Assembly: GCF_963921235.1 (NCBI RefSeq)
Contig: NC_086101.1
Span: forward strand, 11,782,001 to 11,846,000
Length of the DNA: 64,000 nt
Source of the DNA: Mobula hypostoma
Taxonomy: Eukaryota
Reading direction: 5' to 3'
The position numbers and the translations under genes were made by a program. Shown here piece by piece: positions 12,410 through 26,002 of the stretch. The notes under the pieces were generated by a model. That model had not been told where the DNA came from. It saw only the letters and a program-made list of their open reading frames with translations, and did no database searches. Positions within the stretch are counted from its first letter, which is position 1; each line of letters starts with the position of its first letter.

Positions 12410-12635
12410 ATAGCGTAGTGGTTCGTGTGATGCTATGACGGTGCCAGTGCCACTGCTGTGTGTAAGGAATTTGTGCGTTCTCCCTGTGGCCCCGTAGGTT
12501 TCCTCCGGGTGCTCTGGTTTCCTCCCACATTCCAAAGACATACAGGTTAGGAAGTTAATTCAACACATGGGTGTATTTGGGTGACTTGGGCTCACTGGGC
12601 CAGAAAGGCCTGAATCTCTAAATAAAATAAATAAA
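12410..12635 (+). mobile_element. tRNA-derived V-SINE (HE1-like)
   Basis: A-box-like TAGCGTAGTGGTT, V-domain GTTCTCCCTGTG..GGTTTCCTCCGGGTGCTCTGGTTTCCTCCCACA, (TAAA)n tail. Further copies near 35310, 35720, 40143, 45470, 45950, 46360, 49262, 50755 and 53350. Confidence 0.8.
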
Positions 12636-13234
12636 GAAAAATTTACTGGTCAGGCCTGACCACTTTCCCAATCACATCATGTCACACGTGGTTTTAGGTA
12701 ACAGTAAAACCAGGCAGATTTTAGCAAGTGGAGAAAGTTCCACCATTCAAAGCTGATTAAATTTTTCTATACTCCTGTCTTCATTCCTTGACTCTCACCA
12801 ATCAAATATCAAATGAAAGGTCCTCTACCTGAAACATCGACTCTCACTCCAAAGATGCTGACTGCCAATATTTGTTCTTTCTTCCTTTGGAACTTCAGCA
12901 TCTGCAGTATTTTGCTTTTGGAAGAATCCATCGCATTTTCAAATGTCAGCCAGACATCCCATTCCTGAGCAAATACTGAATTTGCAAGTATTTTCAATTA
13001 CCAACATGGCTCGGAGTCTATTGGCTCTAAGCTGCTGGACCATTTTTCCATCTGAAATCTTGTCAAATGTCTTTCTGAAGAACATGTAAACTGCATCAAT
13101 ATTTTGCTACCTCTTCAAAACATTTTCTCAAATTGCTCAGACATGATCTTTCACTAGCAGTGCTTTGCTGACCATCTTTGATTCATCAAAGTTCAAAGTA
13201 AATTTATTATCAAAGTGCATATACGTTACCCAGG

Positions 13235-13858
13235 CGGGAGGCGAAGATGGCGGCGCGCCTGCGTGTGCACAGCCCTCCAGTGAAAAATGATATTGTATCT
13301 GTTAAATAGGGGCTGTGGACAATTCTGATTTGATGGAGAATGTATGTGAAAGCACAGAGGAACATCTGGAGAAATTTCTGAAACGCCCATTCGCTGCTGT
13401 CGTTACTGTGTGGTCGGGAATCTTTCGGAGGGTAGGCCTCAAAATCCCCGGCCTTGCCTGCTTCTGGCGACCGAGAAGGAGGTCGAATCGTTCGGACAGA
13501 GATGGCGCTCAGTACTCGGTGTCGGAGAGCTGATCAGAGCTCGAAGTTTTCGGATGACTCAGAGTCGGACCGTGGTCAGCGTGGCAGGGAGAGTTTTTCT
13601 TCCTTCTCCCTTCTGCGTGAGATGTGGGACATTTGAGAAACTTTGAACTTTACTGTGCTCATGGACTTCTTCATCAAGTTATGGTATTGTTACACTGTTT
13701 GTAACTATATGTTATAATTATGTGGTTTTGTCAGCTTTTTCAGTCTTGGTTTGTCCTGTGTTTCGTGATATCACACCGGAGGAAATAATGTATCATTTCT
13801 TAATGTATGCATTACTAAATGACAATAAAACAGGACTACGTGTCTTCATAATCATAAT
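13235..13858 (+). mobile_element. Non-autonomous LINE-derived retroposon (copy 1)
   Basis: Starts GGAGGCGAAGATGGCGGCG; ends GACAATAAAA..CATAATCATAATC; related inverted copy at 48550-49250; inserted in another LINE 3'UTR. Confidence 0.7.
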
Positions 13859-14674
13859 CATATGCTACCCTGAGATTCATTTATTGCAGGCAGTGGCAGT
13901 AGATACAAAGAAACACAGTGGAATCAATGAGAAGCTACACACAAAGATGAACAAGCGACCAATATGCAAATGACAACAAGCTGTGCAAAAACAAAAAGAA
14001 AATGTAATAATAAATAAATATTGGGAACATGAGTTATAGAGTCCTTGAAAGTGTGTCCATAGGTTGTGGAATCAGTTCAGAGTTGGGGTGAGGGAAGTTA
14101 TTCGCACTGGTTAGATGGTTGAGGGTTAATAACTGTTCCTCAACCTGGTGGTGTGGGACCTAAGGCTCCCGCACCTCCTTCCCAATGGCAGCAGTGAGAA
14201 GATGGCATGGTGGTGGGGGATGGGTGTCCTTGATAATGGCTGCTTTCTTGTGGCAGAGCCCCATGCTGTCGTGCTTCATGGTTGGGAGGGCTTTACCTGT
14301 GATGGACTGGGCTGTATCCACTAAATTTTGTAAGCTTTCCTGTTCCTAGGCCTGAGTGTTTCTGTACCAGTCAGGATACTCTTCACTGTCCATCTATAGA
14401 AGTCTGTCTATTTAATATTAATTCATATTCTGTCATGCCTAGTTTAAATTTAACCCTCAGAGCCTTTGTTTTGCAGTAGCTTTTCGCCACTGATAGTTTT
14501 TATTGACTTATTTGTTTCTAATTTGTTTATTCCCCAATGCTGCTCTTGAATAAAGTTCTCAAACTAGCTGTCCTTTGGTCATCTGATACCTCACCTACTC
14601 TGACAGCAGACTTCAAGATCTCCCTTAGGCCATCAACAATCTCTGAACTCGATTCCCATAACTGCCGAGGATAC

Positions 14675-15947
14675 ATATTCAGTGGCCAGTTTATTAGGTA
14701 CACCTGTTCGTTAATGCAAACATCTGATCAGCCAGTCAGGTGGCAGCAACTCAATTAGGTTCAATTGTTGGTCAGACCAAACAGCAGAATGGGGGTGGAG
14801 GGGAATGCGATGTAAGTGACTTTGATCATGGATTGATTGTTGATGCCAGAGGGAAGGTTTGAGTATCTCAGAAACTGCTAATCTAGGATTTTTGCGCACA
14901 CAACAGTCTCTAGAGTTTACAAAGAATGATTCAAGATTCAAAGTACATTTGTTATCAAAGTATGAATGCAGTAGGTGAGGTATCAGATGACCAAAGGACA
15001 GCTAGTCTGGGAACTTTATTCAGGAATAGCTGCATTGGGGAAAAACACAGAATATTTCAGTTCAGCCCAGTGTTCATTATCTGCAGGGGGCAATGATTCA
15101 TAATCGCCCAAATTAGCAACAAAAGAAGGAGCGTCCAGAAAGCAGAAACACATCGTAATGTGAACAACAAAGTCCAATCCACAAACTGGGTCGATTAAAC
15201 CTCGCTCTGGCCTCATCCTCCAGCAGCATCGAGGGAGGGAGAGGGCAACAGATTCTTCCGGCAGCAGCAAGCGAGCGGCTGGTAGACGTAGCTGAACACT
15301 CACTCGCCTTCCACACTCGCCTTGATGACTCTTAGTTTTCCTTGCACTTTAATCGGTGAGATCAATGAGAAATTAGAGTTGATCATGGACTCACCCCCCC
15401 CCCCACCCCCATCCCCGTCTCCAGGCTTCTTGGGCTCTGGGGCACCGCACGCTTCGCTCACAGCCTCGTGGACCCCTCACGGGGACAGCAAAGTGCCAGA
15501 TTGCTCAATTGGCCCAAAAACACACCACCAAAATGTAGATCACAGGCTCCAACAGCAGCAGAACCATATTTGAAAGAAAAAGAAGTGAAAGAAATAGCCT
15601 AGTGAACCGTCTGGAGGATGTCACCCTTAGTAGTGTTGTTCACTGGCATCATCTTCCACCAAAATCCAATGATGTGAAAAGCAACAAGAGACATCCAGTG
15701 AGGGGCAATTCAATGGATGAAGATGCGACAGTCAGGGGAGAATGGCCAGACTGGATTAAGCTGACAAGAAGGTGACAGCAACTCAGATAACCATGCATTA
15801 CAACAGTGGTGTACAGAAGAGCATCTATGAATGCACAAGTTGTCAAATCTTGAAGTTGATGGGCTATAGCAAAGAAGACCATGAAATACACTCAGTGGCC
15901 ACTTTATTAGATACAGGAGGTATCTACTAAAGTGGTCACTGGGTGTA
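14675..15947 (+). mobile_element. Tc1-like non-autonomous element interrupted by a LINE 3'UTR fragment
   Basis: TIR-like CAGTGGCCA(G/C)TTTATTAG(G/A)TACA near 14680 and 15894, and reverse TAAAGTGGTCACTGGGTGTA near 15930. Confidence 0.55.
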
Positions 15948-16029
15948 CCTTAGCTGTCCCTGGAACTGAATAAATTTTAAGCCTTCCAAGACCTCCCCAA
16001 CTGTTTGCTTATGATGAAAACATAGAGAC

Positions 16030-17248
16030 ATTGATATAGAAAACTACAGCACAGAAACAGGTCTTTGGGCCCATCTAGTCCATGCCAGACAATCTGCTTA
16101 GTCTCATCACCCTACATTGGTCCATAGCTCTCCGTACCGCTCCCATCAGCGTACATTTCCAAATTGCTCTTAAATGTTGAAATCAAACTTGCATCCACCA
16201 GTTCTGCTAACTCGCACCACCCTCTGAGTGAAGAAATTCTCCCTCGTGTTCCCCTTAAACATTTTATCTTTTACCCTTAACTCGTGACCTCAACTTCTAG
16301 TATATCCCAACCTCAGTAGACAAAGCTTGCTTGCATTTACTGGATCAATATCCTCATAATTCTGTATTCCTCTATCAAATCTCCCCTCATTCTTCTACGC
16401 TGCAGGGAATGAAGTTCTAACCTGTTCCCTATAACTCACACCTCAAGTTCTGGCAATACCTTTGTAAATTTTCTCTGCATTCTATTGCCATCTTTTCTGT
16501 AGGTCAGTGACCAGAACTGCACACAACACTTCAAATTAGGCCTCACCAACATCTTATACAATTTCAACATAGCATCACAACTCCTGTACTCAGTACTTTG
16601 AGTTATGAAAGCCAATATGCCAAAAGTTTTCTATCTACCTGAGATGCCCTATAAATATGAATCTATATTCCCAGATCCCTGTCTTCTACCACAGTCCTTG
16701 GTGAACTTCTGCACACCGTGTTAGTCTGTTCTGGTTTGTCCTCCACACTTGTCTGCATGAAGTTCCACCTGCCATTTTCAGCCCATTTTTCCACCTGGTT
16801 TAGATACTGCTGAACTGTCCACTGCACCCCAAATCTTGCTGTCATCCACAAATTTACTGATCCAGTTTATCACATTATCATCCAGATCATTGATGTAAAT
16901 GACAAACAACAACAGACCCAGCACCGATCCCTGAGGCATACCATTATTCACAGGCCTCCAATCAGAGATGCAACCAGCTACTACCAGTCTTTGGCTTCTT
17001 CCATGAAGCCAATGTCTAATCAAATTTACCACCACATCTTGAATGCAGTGCAACTGAACTTTCTTGACCAACCTCACATACATGACGTTGTCAAAGGCCT
17101 TGCTAAAGTCTATGTAGACACCCATCAGTGCCTCAACTTCATCAACTTTCCTGGTACTTCCTCAAAAAACTCAGTAAAATCGGTTAGACACACCTAGCGT
17201 GCACAATGCCACATTGACTATCCCCAATCAGTCGCCATCTATCTAAAT
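16030..17248 (-). mobile_element. CR1 LINE fragment (RT + 3'UTR)
   Basis: YIDFSKAFDNV..GMPQGSVLGLLLFVIYINDLDD..SKFVDD. Confidence 0.9.
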
Positions 17249-17890
17249 ACAGTGGATTCTGGTTAATTGGGACCAGTACAGTTGGCCTAAATAAGCAGCT
17301 GCTCCAATTAACCAAAGCTTCATGGTAATAGTTCAATATGTATTAAAAAACCAAATTACTGTTTGAGCAAACAACAGGAATTCTGCAGATGCTGGAAATT
17401 CAAGCAACACACATAAAAGTTGCTGGTGAACACAGCAGGCCAGGCAGCATCTCTAGGAAGAGGTGCATTCGACGTTTCAGGCCGAGACATTATGTATTTA
17501 AATGAAATACAGAGCAAATTAGAACATTACCTATACTACTACAAAACTGTGTATTAGTCCTAAATAGTTATAGATGGAGGAGTTCATCCAGTGTATGCTG
17601 TCATGATCTTTTTGATTGACTGTAAATTCACAAACAGTGCAGATAATGAACGGCCTTCATACAAGAGTTTCAACAAATGCATCCCCTAAATCTTTATTTT
17701 CATTGTAACATTGAAGATGATTGTTGATACCTTCAAATTCCTCACAGCTCCTAACTTGTTGAAGTAGTGAAATATTTTCATTTTCACTCCTGTCTGTTTC
17801 TGGCATCTCCAAGCCTGGAGGCTTGAAACCATAGTGAGCAAAACAGTTCTGAATAGTCCTGCCGCTTATTTCTCACCAACTATCAGTGAC
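17249..17890 (-). mobile_element. Probable Tigger/pogo-like DNA transposon fragment with a small Penelope-like insert at ~17365-17490
   Basis: TA-CAGTGGATTCTGGTTAATTGGG terminus; acidic transposase-tail-like remnant on the minus strand. Confidence 0.45.
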
Positions 17891-18530
17891 AGGCCAACCA
17901 GTAGTAGGCATATAGGAACATGACAGATCAACTGGTGGAGTGGTGTCACAATAACCGTACACTCAACATTAGTATGAACAAGGAATTGTTTGTGGACTTC
18001 AGGAAGGGTAATCGAGGGATCAGTAGTGGAAAGGGTGAGCAGTTTCACGTTCCTGGGTTTCAACATCTCTGAAGATCTAACCTCAAACCAACATATTGAT
18101 GCAGTTACAAAGAAGGCATGATGGCGGCTTGATTTCATTAGCAGTTTGAGGAGAATTGGTATGTCACCAAAGACGCGCTCAGATTTCTACAGAGGTACAC
18201 GGAGAGCATCCTAACTGGTTGCATCACCATCTGGTATGGAGTGAGCACTACACAGCACCAGAAAAAATCTCCAGCAAGTTGTAAATTCAGCCCGCGCCAT
18301 CATGGGCACTATTCTCCCCAGTGACTACGACACCTTCAAAAGGCGATACCTCAAAAAAAGTGGCATCCATCATCAAGGATCAAGAAGAAGGTACAGCAGC
18401 CTGAAGACATCCACACAAGTGCATGCAACCGGTGCAGCCGTTCAGCAGCAGTGTCATCCCAATTAAGTAGCATAGTGTCCCAAATAAGCACAGGGGATCC
18501 TGCCTATTTTCTTGATTAGTTTTTGTTCTT

Positions 18531-19490
18531 TAGTCATAGTCATACTTTATTGATCCCGGGGGAAATTGGTTTTCGTTACAGTTGCACCATAAATAATAAA
18601 TAGTAATAGAACCATAAATAGTTAAATAGTAATATGTAAATTATGCCAGTAAGTTATGAAATAAGTCCAGGACCAGCCTATTGGCTCAGGGTGTCTGACC
18701 CTCCAAGGGAGGAGTTGTAAAGTTTGATGGCCACAGGCAGGAATGACTTCCTATGACGCTCTGTGCTGCATCTCGGTGGAATGAGCCTCTGGCTGAATGT
18801 ACTCCTGTGCTGAACCAGTACATTATGTAGTGGATAGGAGACATTGTCCAAGATGGCATGCAACTTGGACAGCATCCTCTTTTCAGATACCACCATCAGA
18901 GAGTCCAGTTCCATCCCTAGCACATCACTGGCCTTACAAATGAGTTCGTTGATTCTGTGTGTGTCTGCTTCCCTCAGCCAGCTGCCGCAGCACACAACAG
19001 CAAATATGATAGCACTGGCCACCACAGACTCGTAGAACATCCTCAGCATCATCCGACACATGTTAAAGAACCTCAGTCTCCTCAGGAAATAGAGACATCT
19101 CAGACCCTTCTTGTAGACAGCTTCAGTGTTCTTTGACCAGTCCAGTTTATTGTCAATTCGTATCCCCAGGTATTTGTAATCCTCCACCATGTCCCCACTG
19201 ACCCCCTGGATGGAAACAGGGGTTCACTGGTGCCTTAGCCCTCCTCAGGTCCACCACCAACTCCTTAGTCTTTTTCACATTAAGCTGCAGATAATTCTGC
19301 TCACACCATGTGGCAAAGTTTCCTACCGTAGCCCGTACTCAGCCTCATCTCCCTTGCTGATGCATCCAACTACAGCAGAGTCATCAGAAAACTTCTGAAG
19401 ATGGCACGATTCTGTGCAGTAGTTGAAGTCCGAGGTGTAAATGGTGAAGAGAAAGGGAGACAAGACAGTCCCCTGTGGAGCCCCAGTGCA
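18531..19490 (-). mobile_element. Rex1/Babar-type LINE 3' part (RT end + C-terminus)
   Basis: GAPQGTVLSPFLFTIYTSDF..QKFSDDSAVVG; YKYLGIRIDNKLDWSKNTE..RKSFLPVAIKLYNSS; (GACTAT)n tail; close second copy at 31240-31905. Confidence 0.9.
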
Positions 19491-20146
19491 AACTCTGTAA
19501 TCCCAAAATTTCACTTTTGAAGTCACCCATTTACCAAGCACACCTTTCCTTGAAAACAACATGTCCCAATCTACACTTGCCAGATCCTTTCTGATATCAT
19601 CAAAATTGGCCTTTCCTCAATTTACAATCTCAACCCAGGACCAGATCTATCCTTCTCTATAATTACTTTGAAACTAATGGCGTTATGATACATGAACTTC
19701 TGTCACCCTGTCTCATTCCATAATCTCTAGTATTGCACTATCTCTAGTTGGGACCTCTATGTACAGGTTAAGGAAACTTTCCTCAACACATTTGACAAAC
19801 TTTATCCCATCCAGCCCTTTTACAGTATGGGAGTCCCAGTGAATATTTCGAAAGTTAAAATCACCCACTATCAGAAACTCATGTTTCTTGCAACAGTCTG
19901 AAATCTTTCTACAAATTTACTCTGCTAAATCTTGCAGACTGTTGGGTGATCTGTAATACGTATAATCCCACTAACATGCTTATCCCTTTCTTATTCCTCA
20001 GTTCCAACCCATAAAGTCTCACCAGATAAGCTCTCCAATCTGTCCTGTCTGAGAACTGCCATGATATTTTCCCTGACTATCACATCTAAACCAATGGAAC
20101 CCTGGAACATTGAGCTGTGAGTCCTGTCCCTCCAGCAACCAACTCT
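19490..20146 (-). mobile_element. Old CR1 ORF2 endonuclease-region fragment
   Basis: Frameshifted LNVPGF..FRCD and IVGDFNF.NI.W remnants typical of the CR1 APE domain. Confidence 0.7.
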
Positions 20147-21222
20147 GACATTGGCTCAATGGAAGAAGCCAAAGAGTGGTGGTAGAGAATTGCTTCTCTG
20201 AGTGGAGGCCTGTGACTAGTGGTGTGCCACAGGGATCAGTGCTGGGTCCATTGTTATTTGTCATCTATATCAATGATCTGGATGATAATGTGGTAAATTG
20301 GATCAGCAAATTTGCTGATCATACAAAGATTGGAGGTGTAGTAGACAGTGAGGAAGGTTTTCAGAGCCTGCAGAGGAACTTGGACCAGCTGGAAAAATGG
20401 CAGATGGAGTTTAATACAGACAAGTGTGAGGTATTGCACGTTGGAAGGACAAACCAAGGTAGAACATACAGGGTTAATGGTAAGGCACTGAGGAGTGCAG
20501 TAGAAAAGAGGGTTCTGGGAATACAGGTACAAAATTCCCTAAAAGTGGCGTCACAGGTAGATAGGGTTGTAAAGAGAGCTTTTGGTACATTGGCCTTTAT
20601 TAATCAAAGTATTGAGTGTAAGAGCTGGAATGTTATGTTGAGGTTGTATAAGGCATTGGTGAGGCTGAATCTGGAGCATTGTGTTCAGTTTTGGTCACCA
20701 AATTACAGGAAGGATATAAGTAAGGTTGAAAGAGTGCAGAGAAGGTTTACAAGGATGTTGCCAGGACTTGAGAAACTCAGTTACAGAGAAAGGTTGAATA
20801 GGTTAGGACTTCATTCCCTGGAGCGTAGAAGAATGAGGGGAGATTTGATAGAGGTATATAAAATTATGATGGGTATAGATAGAGTGAATGCAAGCAGGCA
20901 TTTTCCACTGAGGCAAGGGGAGAAAGACACCAGAGGACATGGATTAAGGGTGAGGGGGGAAAAGTTTAAAGGGAACATTAGGGGGAGCTTCTTCACATAG
21001 AGAGTGGTGGGAGTATGGAATGAACTGCCAGATGAGATGGTAAATGCAGGTTCTTTTTTAACATTTAAGAATAAATTGGACAGATACATGGATGGGAGGT
21101 GTATGGAGGGATATGGTCCATGTGCAGGTCAGTGGGACTAGGCAGAAAATGGTTCGGCACAGCCAAGGAGGGCCAAAAGGCCTGTTTCTGTGCTGTAGTT
21201 TTCTATGGTTTCTATGGTTCTA
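20147..21222 (+). mobile_element. CR1 LINE 3' portion, well preserved
   Basis: 274-aa [39 protein letters not shown]; (TTTCTATGG)n tail. Confidence 0.95.
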
Positions 21223-21297
21223 ATGGCTACAGTGTCATAATTCCACATGCTGATCCATGCCCTAAATTGATCTGCCTTTCTTACAATATTCCTTACA

Positions 21298-23440
21298 TTA
21301 AATTGAATTGAATTGAATTGACTTTATTCCTTATGTCCTTCACATACATGAGGAGTAAAAGTCTTTACATTACATCTCCGTTTGAATGTGAAATGTGGAA
21401 ATTATAGTAATTTGTAATAAATAATATGTACAACAGGACAGTCAATATAGCACAGAAATACAATCGTATCAGCATGAATTGATCAGTCTGATGGCCTGGC
21501 GGAAGAAGCTGTCCTGGAGCCTGCTGGTCCTGGCTTTAATGCTGTGGTATCATTTCCCGGATGGTAGCAGCTGGAACAGTTTGTAGTTGGGGTGACTCGG
21601 GTTCCCAATAATCCTTTGGGTCCTTTTTATGCACCTGTCTCTGTAAATGTCCTGAATAGTGGGAAGTTCACATCTACAGATGTGCTGGGCTGTCTGCACC
21701 ACTCTCTGCAGAGTCCTGCGATTGAGGGAAACATAGAAACATAGAAAATAGGTGCAGGAGTAGGCCATTCGGCCCTTCGAGCCTGCACCGCCATTTATTA
21801 TGATCATGGCTGATCATCCAACTCAGAACCCTGCACCAGCCTTCCCTCCATACCCCCTGACCCCCGTAGCCACAAGGGCCATATCTAACTCCCTCTTAAA
21901 TATAGCCAATGAACTGGCCTCAACTGTTTCCTGTGGCAGAGAATTCCACAGATTCACCACTCTCTGTGTGAAGAAGTTTTTCCTAATCTCAGTCCTAAAA
22001 GGCTTCCCCTTTATCCTCAAACCGTGACCCCTTATTCTGGACTTCCCCAACATCGGGAACAATCTTCCTGCATCTAGCCTGTCCAATCCCTTTAGGATTT
22101 TATACGTTTCAATCAGATTCCCCCTCAATCTTCTAAATTCCAACGAGTACAAGCCCAGTTCATCCAGTCTTTCTTCATATGAAAGTCCTGCCATCCCAGG
22201 AATCAATCTGGTGAACCTTCTTTGTACTCCCTCTATGGCAAAGATGTCTTTCCTCAGATTAGGGGACCAAAACTGCACACAATACTCCAGGTGTGGTCTC
22301 ACCAAGGCCTTGTACAACTGCAGTAGTACCTCCCTGCTCCTGTACTCGAATCCTCTCGCTATAAATGCCAGCATACCATTCGCCTTTTTCACCGCCTGCT
22401 GTACCTGCATGCCCACTTTCAATGACTGGTGTATAATGACACCCAGGTCTCGTTGCACCTCCCCTTTTCCTAATCGGCCACCATTCAGATAATAATCTGT
22501 TTTCCTATTTTTGCCACCAAAGTGGATAATTTCACATTTATCCACATTAAATTGCATCTGCCATGAATTTGCCCACTCACCCAACCTATCCAAGTCACCC
22601 TGCATCCTCTTAGCATCCTCCTCACAGCTAACACTGCCGCCCAGCTTCGTGTCATCCGCAAACTTGGAGATGCTGCATTTAATTCCCTCATCCAAGTCAT
22701 TAATATATATTGTAAACAACTGGGGTCCCAGCACTGAGCCTTGCAGTACCCTACTAGTCACCGCCTGCCATTCTGAAAAGGACCCGTTTATTCCCACTCT
22801 TTGCTTCCTGTCTGCTAACCAATTCTCTATCTACATCAATACCTTACCCCCAATACCGTGTGCTTTAAGTTTGCATGCTAATCTCCTGTGTGGGACCTTG
22901 TCAAATGCCTTTTGAAAGTACAGTTTCCATACCAGGCAGTAATGCAGTCAGTCAGGATGCTCTCAATTGTGCCTCTGTAGAAAGTCCTTAGGATTCGGGG
23001 ACTCATGCCAAACTTCTTCAACTGTCTGAGGTGAAAGAGGCGCTGTTGTGTTTTTTTCACCACACAGCTGGTATGTACAGACCACGTGAGATCCTCGGTG
23101 ATGTGTATGTTGAGGAACTGAAAGCTGTTCATCCTCTCAACTCCAGATCCATTGATGTCAATAGGGGTTAGCGCGTCTCCATTCCTTACATAGTCTGCGA
23201 CTAGGTCCTTTGTTTTTGTGACATTGAGGGAGAGGTTGTTTTCTTGACACCACTGTGTCAGGGTGATGACTTCTCTGTAGGCTGCCTTGTTATTATTTGA
23301 GATTAGGCCAATCAACATAAGCAAATTTAATTAGCCGATTGGAGCTGTGGATGGCGACTCAGTCATGGGTATACAGAGGAGTAAAGGAGCGGCTTAGGTC
23401 ACAGGTTTGAGGATGCTGTGAGAGCTGTGGCTATTGCATC
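21298..23440 (-). mobile_element. Rex1/Babar-type LINE split by a young CR1
   Basis: TQWCQENNLSLNVTKTK..FYRGTIESILTDCITAWYG continues on the other side of the CR1 as SLNRRTLQRVVQTAQHI..LFQLLPSGK; (TTCAA)n tail. Confidence 0.85.
21729..22916 (-). mobile_element. Young CR1 LINE 3' portion (copy 1)
   Basis: Uninterrupted 324-aa ORF2 C-terminus; (TTTCTATG)n tail; near-identical to 54484-55665. Confidence 0.95.
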
Positions 23441-24182
23441 ATCTGTCGATCAGTTGTGTCGGTAGGCACAGTGTTGAAATATACACGTCAGCACATTAGT
23501 CCTGCCATGCTCAAACTTTCTTTTCCTGACCTTGTGCATAGGCTTAACAGCATCTTTTCCCATAACCACTCCACCCTCTGCTCTGGTATTCTGGATCTCA
23601 CCCCCTGCAACTCTCGTTATCCTCCCCTTCCCTCCCCCCACGCAGCACTAGCAAGCCTTCCCACAAGGATTCTTCTGCATTTCAGGTGCAAACCATCCCT
23701 TCTGAACAGGTCCCCCCTTCCCTGGAAAAGAGCCATATGATTTAAGAATCTGAAGTCATCCCTCCGGTACCCATATCCTTAGCCACGTACTAAACTGTAT
23801 GATCTTCCTATTTCTGGTCTCACTAGCACATAACACAGGTAGCAATCCTGAGATCAGAACCCTGAAGGTCCTGTCCTTTATCTCCCTGAACTCACTTTCG
23901 AGGACCAAATCACCCTCCCTCCCCATGTGACTGGTACCAACGTGTACTGGCTGATCACCCTCCTACTGAAGAATATTTTAGAATTTTACAAAACCCACTG
24001 AAAATTCCAACAATGATGGCCTCATTCATGAAAATGGATGCAGAATATTCACATCACCTCATTTAGATTTAACTGTAAAAGCTGCTAGTTTTTATTAAGA
24101 GAATTTTAATGAATTAATATCTTACATGTAATTTACCAAATTTGTTCAATATCTATTTTTGTTTGTGTTTCATTTACTTCAG

Positions 24183-26002
24183 AAAGAATCCTGTCGGAAG
24201 AGGAGGTAAGACATTGTTTGGAACCCTTTGGACGTTTGTAACATTAATTCGGAAAATTGTCCAGGTTCAGTTAAATTGCGTGTTATTTGCAGGGTTGGAG
24301 ATGACTAGATGCTTACAGTCATGGATGGGGCACTGACGATGGAAGAATACACTAAGCAATTTCCTTTCTCAGTGTAGAGACAAATGATCGATAACATTCA
24401 GCCTGGTAAATATCATATAAATGTGTTTTTCCTGTTTCAGAACTTAGGATTTGATTCAGGTTATTCAGTACTAACAGAATAACAAGTGCTGATATGAAAC
24501 ATGCTCCAGTAAGACATAATTAGGTGCAACTTCCATTTCCCAACTCACTTATGGCAGGTGAGGATCAACCTGCCCAGTTGTGTCATGGTAACTCTAGGAT
24601 TTCTCTCGCTTCTCGGGAGCCCCACTGTTTTAGTTTTGGTGGCTGTCCCCAAGATTCACCAAAAGTTCAGAGTGTCTCCCTCAAATCCACAGTGAATTTT
24701 TTTTAATGCTCCCAGACCGTTTCTGTCCTCAATCCTGTATCTCGATTTATCTTCAAGAAGAGTGACATGTATTAGACAGAGTTTTGTCTGTTCATATGCA
24801 TGACTAGTTGCACAGTCCAGATATATTTAAAAAAGCTCAAGCGTAGTCTAAATTTTCCGGGACACAGACACACACACACAGAGTTGGTTTGGGATAAATA
24901 CACCCTTCCCCAATGCATTCCACTCACTTCCTTCCTTACAGATTGCCCTAACATCATGCCACCCTCAAACCACCCCCCACCCCTGCTCAAATGTGCCTCC
25001 AAAATCGAAAGCTTCTACCCAATCTTCCTCAGTCATTTTTCAGTCCCTCACTTGCATTGACCAGCCCGTCTCTCCTTCCTTTGCTGTTCCCGGTACCTCT
25101 CCCTCTCTAGGACCCTCCACCTTTCCCTGTTTCCTTCTTCCCTGCCCCATGTACTTCACCTTAGCCACTACCTCTCCACTCCTCCCAAATCATTCACAAT
25201 TTTCAAAGTAAAAGAGAAAGTCCTTGAATGCGTTTTGAAATCCAAGGAAGACCAGCAGCTGATGGAACAATATGCTTGTCTATGTGATGTTGTTGTCGAA
25301 AACCCAGGAACAGCTTCTGTCAACCACCCGACTGCGCCTGAAACCCAGCGGCCTCTCTCCTGGTCCCGTCCCAGGGCCGCGCTGCCCGAGTCTCCCCCCG
25401 ATCCCCGGGGGCTCTCTAATTCTTTGCTTCTCCCCCCAGCCTCTGTCATCCTGGATGTGGAAACGGCGGGTCTGTTGCTCGAGGTATCTGACGATCGGAA
25501 GAGTGTGAGACGGCCCCGGCTCCCAAGGGATCTCCTTGACTCCAAGAAGAGGTTTACAGACCGGCCTTGTGTGCTGGGATCGGAGGGATCACATCAGGGA
25601 GACATTACTGGGAGGTGGAGGTGACGGGGAATCGGTGCTGGGATCTGGGAGTTGCTGCAGAATTCGTTGAGAGGAAGGAGTGGGTTGATCTGATACCAGA
25701 GACTGGATTCTGGAACATCAGGCCGACTAGTGATGAATTTAATGCATCAACGTTCCCTCGATCCTCACTTCTAGCGGGTCCCATCCCCGGGAGGGTGGGA
25801 GTTGATCTCAGTTCCGAGAACAGGACACTTTCATTTTACAACGCAGAGACCAAGTCCCATCTCCACACCTTCACTGGGAATAAATTCACGGGGAAACTTT
25901 ATCCTCTTTTTTTTGACTGTGGATGAAAACCAGTGGCTGAGAATCTGCCCCGATTCGACTCCAGGTCTGCAAATGGGTCAGATTCTGGGACTGCCATCGT
26001 GA
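24183..26002 (+). pseudogene. TRIM-B pseudogene: exons 4 (24183-24205), 5 (24293-24405) and 6/PRY-SPRY (25440-26002)
   Basis: Canonical splice sites; in-frame TAG at 24306-24308 and 24375-24377; SPRY exon (VILDVETAG..CVLGSEG / TSGRHYWEVEV..SFYNAETKSHLHTF) frameshifted near 25589 and 25910; no upstream exons 1-3 found. Confidence 0.9.

Noticed and set aside
19490..21222. Single 5'-inverted (twin-primed) CR1 insertion
   Set aside because: The geometry fits, but the inverted endonuclease piece is far more decayed than the RT piece and a long stretch of ORF2 is missing between them; two insertions are more likely.
25567..25926. Stand-alone SPRY-only gene
   Set aside because: No ATG start; it is the middle frame of a doubly frameshifted pseudo-exon.
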